DNA from: Somniosus microcephalus
Lineage: Eukaryota
Length of the DNA: 64,000 nt
Direction of reading: 5' to 3'
NCBI GenBank assembly: GCA_052327205.1
Contig: CM126206.1
Coordinates: forward strand, 89,776,001 to 89,840,000
Made by a program: the position numbers and the translations under genes. Every line of letters starts with the position of its first letter. Within the stretch, counting starts at the first letter, position 1. This document shows, one piece after another, positions 61,901-64,000 of this stretch. A model generated the notes under the pieces. That model was not told the DNA's origin, did not search any database, and worked only from the letters and a program-made list of their open reading frames with translations.

Positions 61901-62705
61901 GGTTCCCTCTGCACACCTTCCCGAAGTGCCCCTTCTTACCGCACTTAAAGCAGGTGGTGCCTTTCGCCGGGCACAGGTTTCTGGTGTGCTTCGGCTGCCC
62001 GCAGAAGTAGCAGTTGGGTCCCCGACGCGTCGCGGCTGTCGTAGGGCTTCTCGGGGGAGAGCGGTGCCCCGACGGTGTCGGGCTGCCGGGCGGGGAAGAT
62101 GCCTTCCAAGATGGCGGCGCCCTTGGTGCGCACGTGGCGGCGTGGATGGTGCGGGCTGAAGAGTAGGCGTCCGAGTTTCTCTGGGCCACATCCAGGGATC
62201 GCGCTGTGTCCGCAGCCTGTTTCAGGTCCAATCCCGTTTTTTCCAGCAATCTCTGCCGGATGTAAGTGGAGCTGAGGCCTGTGATAAAGGCATCGCGAAC
62301 AAGCTCGTCAGTGTACACTGCGGCTTTTACATCTTGGCACTTGCAGTCTTTGCCAAGCGTTTTCAGGGTGCCTAGGAACTCCTCCACCGATTCCCCAGGT
62401 CGCTGTGCGCGAGTAGTGAGCAGATGCCTAGCATACACCTCGTTCGTAGGCTGCTGGTAATGCGCCTTTAAGATGTCGCAGGCGGCCGGGTACGTGTCGG
62501 CGTCTTGGATGAGGGGGTAAACCCGGTGGCTTACCCAATTCCGCAGAATTCCGAGTTTCATACTCGCAGCGTCCGTAGCGCCTTTGACGGCTGCGGAATT
62601 GTCCAGGAAGAATTCCATACACATAAACCAGTGTCCGAAGCGTGCCGATGCGTCCGAAGCATGCTGGTCCAAATCCAAACGTTCGGGTTTCAAGAGTTGA
62701 TCCAT
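58947..62705 (-). CDS. Uninterrupted Gag-PR-RT-RH-IN polyprotein of Gypsy B, 1252 aa from the first ATG after the LTR
   Basis: Zinc knuckles, LIDSGS protease, YLDN RT, RNase H, HHCC and D,D,E integrase; the stop abuts the PPT. Confidence 0.95.
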   Translation of the reverse strand: MDQLLKPERLDLDQHASDASARFGHWFMCMEFFLDNSAAVKGATDAASMKLGILRNWVSHRVYPLIQDADTYPAACDILKAHYQQPTNEVYARHLLTTRAQRPGESVEEFLGTLKTLGKDCKCQDVKAAVYTDELVRDAFITGLSSTYIRQRLLEKTGLDLKQAADTARSLDVAQRNSDAYSSARTIHAATCAPRAPPSWKASSPPGSPTPSGHRSPPRSPTTAATRRGPNCYFCGQPKHTRNLCPAKGTTCFKCGKKGHFGKVCRGNPAGKPATAACAPWERPSWTPSCPTSWGPPSYEQTAWTPSCLDQGLTVASVTVDQTRPHPLSKSMVDIEVNGCRVKCLIDSGSTESFIHPELAQQLSLKVVPTRGTISMADKTQTSTIMGYCTVQLSVNGTVYDNFKVLIMKNLCASVILGLDFQCNHQSITLKYGGSQPPLTVCGLATLKVKSPSLFANLTPNCRPIATKSRRYSWEDRRFIATEVDRLLKERIIERSNSPWRAQVAVVRGSEKKRMVIDYSQTINRYTQLDAYPLPRISEMVNQIAQYRVFSTIDLKSAYHQLPIRPEDRPYTAFEANGRLYQFLRVPFGVTNGVLVFQREMDRMVDDHHLQATFPYLDNVTICGHNQQDHDSNLERFLKTAQKLNLTYNEDKCVFNTTRLCILGSVVENGEIGPDPDRLRPLRELPLPNTPKALKRCLGLFSYYSQWVPNYSDKARPLLKASSFPLSAEAHAAFKSIKQDIERATLQAVDENTPFQVESDVSDFALAATLNQAGRPVAFFSRTLQGPEIRHSSVEKEAQAIVEAVCHWLHYLAGKCFTLLTDQRSVAFMFNNKQRGKIKNDKILRWRIELSTFEYDIIYRPGALNESPDALSRGICASATGDRLQTLHNDLCHPGVTRLFHFIKSRNLPYSIEEVRSLTRNCRTCAECKPRFYRPDRAHLIKATRPFERLSLDVKGPLPSVDRNVYFLNIVDEYSRFPFAFPCPDMTSATVIKCLNSLFCLFGMPSYIHTDRGASFMSEELRQYILSRGIATSRTTSYNPRGNGQVERENGTVWKAVTLALRTKGLPISRWQEVLPDVLHSIRSLLCTATNATPHERMFVFPRKSTSGISMPSWLSTPGPVFVRRHVRGRKTDPLVEPVHLLHANPQYAYVRHADGREDTVSIKDVAPAGNDNNHDNSSNNDHSNSYPPTTLSSPPEEHRPTAPPPTTPSTTLAAPPAETQEATGDTQPTPAAPQQPRRSQRIIKPPNRLNL

Positions 62706-63047
62706 TGTGTTGAAAATTAAGTCAATAAAATTGATGTGCCTCAATAAATCTGAGACTCGATGTTAGCGAAACAAAACAAGGCTTTTATTGACTTAGAAGG
62801 TAACACACAGGAGAGAGGTATCTTCCATCCAGAGCTCTGCCGTACTGGATGTGCTGCAGGCTGGGCCAGCTTACATAGGGGCCAGGTATGGGCGGAGCCC
62901 TACACATAGTACAATACAATGGGCCAGGTATGGGCGGAGCCCTACACATAGTACAATACAATGGTGAGGAAACGGAACAGAGGTAAGGGAAATGAAACTG
63001 AAACCAACCACAGTCACAGGCAGTGATGAATGGAATATTTCATCACA

Positions 63048-63340
63048 CTGCACCCCCCTTTAAAATTGTACCGTTTAGTTTATGTTGCCTCTCCTCATTC
63101 TTCCTACCAAAATGTATCACTTCACACTTCTCTATTGTCTCTAACAGTTTCCCCAACATCGACACTAGGCTGACTGGCATGTCGTTGCCAGGTTTAACCC
63201 TCTCCCATTTTTTAAACAGGGGTGTAACATTTGCAATCCTACAGTCCTCTGGCACAACCTCCATATCCAAGGAGGATTGGAAGATTGTGGCTACAGCCTC
63301 TGCAATTTCCACCTTTACTTCCTTCAGTAATCTAGGATGT
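63048..63340 (-). mobile_element. CR1 LINE 5' part, with an internal deletion of the RT core
   Basis: [29 protein letters not shown] joined directly to EKCEVIHFGRKN. Confidence 0.85.
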
Positions 63341-63342
63341 AA

Positions 63343-64000
63343 GGGTGCGGTAGCATAGTGGTTACGTTACTAGACTAGTAATCCAGACGCCTGGATGAAT
63401 GATCTGGAGAGATGAGTTCAAATCCTACCACGACAGCTGGGTAATTTAAATCTGGAATAAAAAGCTAGTATCAGTAACGGTGACCATGAAACTACCGGAT
63501 TGTCGTAAAAACCCATCTGGTTCACTAATGACCCACAGCAATGTTGTTGACTCTTAACTGCCATCTGACATGACCTAGCAAGCCACTCAGTTGACCAAAC
63601 CGCTACTAAGAATAAAACCGGACGGCCCACCTGGCATCGACCTAGGCACTGGATTCGGACATGGCAAAGGTACACCCAGTCCAGTCAACCCTGCAAAGTC
63701 CTCCTCAATAACATCTGGGGACTTGTGCCAAAATTGGGAGAGCTGTCCCACAGACTAGTCAAGCAACAACCTGACATAGTCATACTCACAGAATCATACC
63801 TTTCAGCCAATGTCCCAGACCATCACCATCCCTGGGTATGACCTGCACAGTGGGAAGGAGTGGCTCTGGGAGTCCTCAACATTGACTGTGGACCCCATGA
63901 AGTCTCATGGCATCAGGTCAAACATGGGCAAGGAATCCTCCTGCTGATTACCACCTACCGCCCTCCCTCAGCTGATGAATCAGTACTCCTCCATGTTGAA
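63343..64000 (+). mobile_element. tRNA-derived head followed by a decayed APE endonuclease region (LINE 5' end), truncated by the window edge
   Basis: A-box TAGCATAGTGG at 63351-63361, B-box GAGTTCAAATCC at 63414-63425; from about 63710 NIWGL..KLGEL...PDIVILTESYL...TTYRPPS. Confidence 0.72.

Larger units (their letters stand above)
58621..63047 (-). mobile_element. Ty3/Gypsy LTR retrotransposon B (same clade as A, different family)
   Basis: 316-bp LTRs (58621-58936, 62732-63047; 3 mismatches), 5-bp TSD CTGCA, PPT AAGGGGTGAA identical to that of A. Confidence 0.97.

Noticed and set aside
63343-63440. tRNA gene
   Set aside because: A and B boxes are present, but there is no closed cloverleaf or terminator and it continues into repeat sequence.

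Overview
Eukaryotic vertebrate DNA; the repeat repertoire (CR1, L2, RTE, Penelope tails, tRNA-derived SINEs) suggests a cartilaginous fish, which is an inference. The only host gene I can support is an 8-exon GPD1L on the + strand (ATG 991, stop 32861, 1053 nt, 350 aa, all introns GT-AG). The rest is mostly transposable elements. There are four full-length Ty3/Gypsy elements with paired LTRs and TSDs. Two (A 7874-12548, B 58621-63047, both minus) are compact single-ORF elements with a YLDN RT motif. Two (C 37699-42046 plus, D 42640-47221 minus) are CsRn1-type with a tRNA-Trp PBS. Also present: a full-length PIF/Harbinger transposon (50502-54943) with related MITEs, CR1/L2/RTE LINE remnants, and Penelope remnants carrying minimal hammerhead ribozyme motifs. 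The most interesting signal is that A and B have no tRNA PBS. Instead, the leader 1 nt after the 5' LTR is the exact reverse complement (19 and 13 bp, with compensatory changes between the two families) of the LTR's own AATAAA-containing segment, pointing to self-priming and/or poly(A)-signal occlusion. All coordinates and mismatch counts were read by eye.
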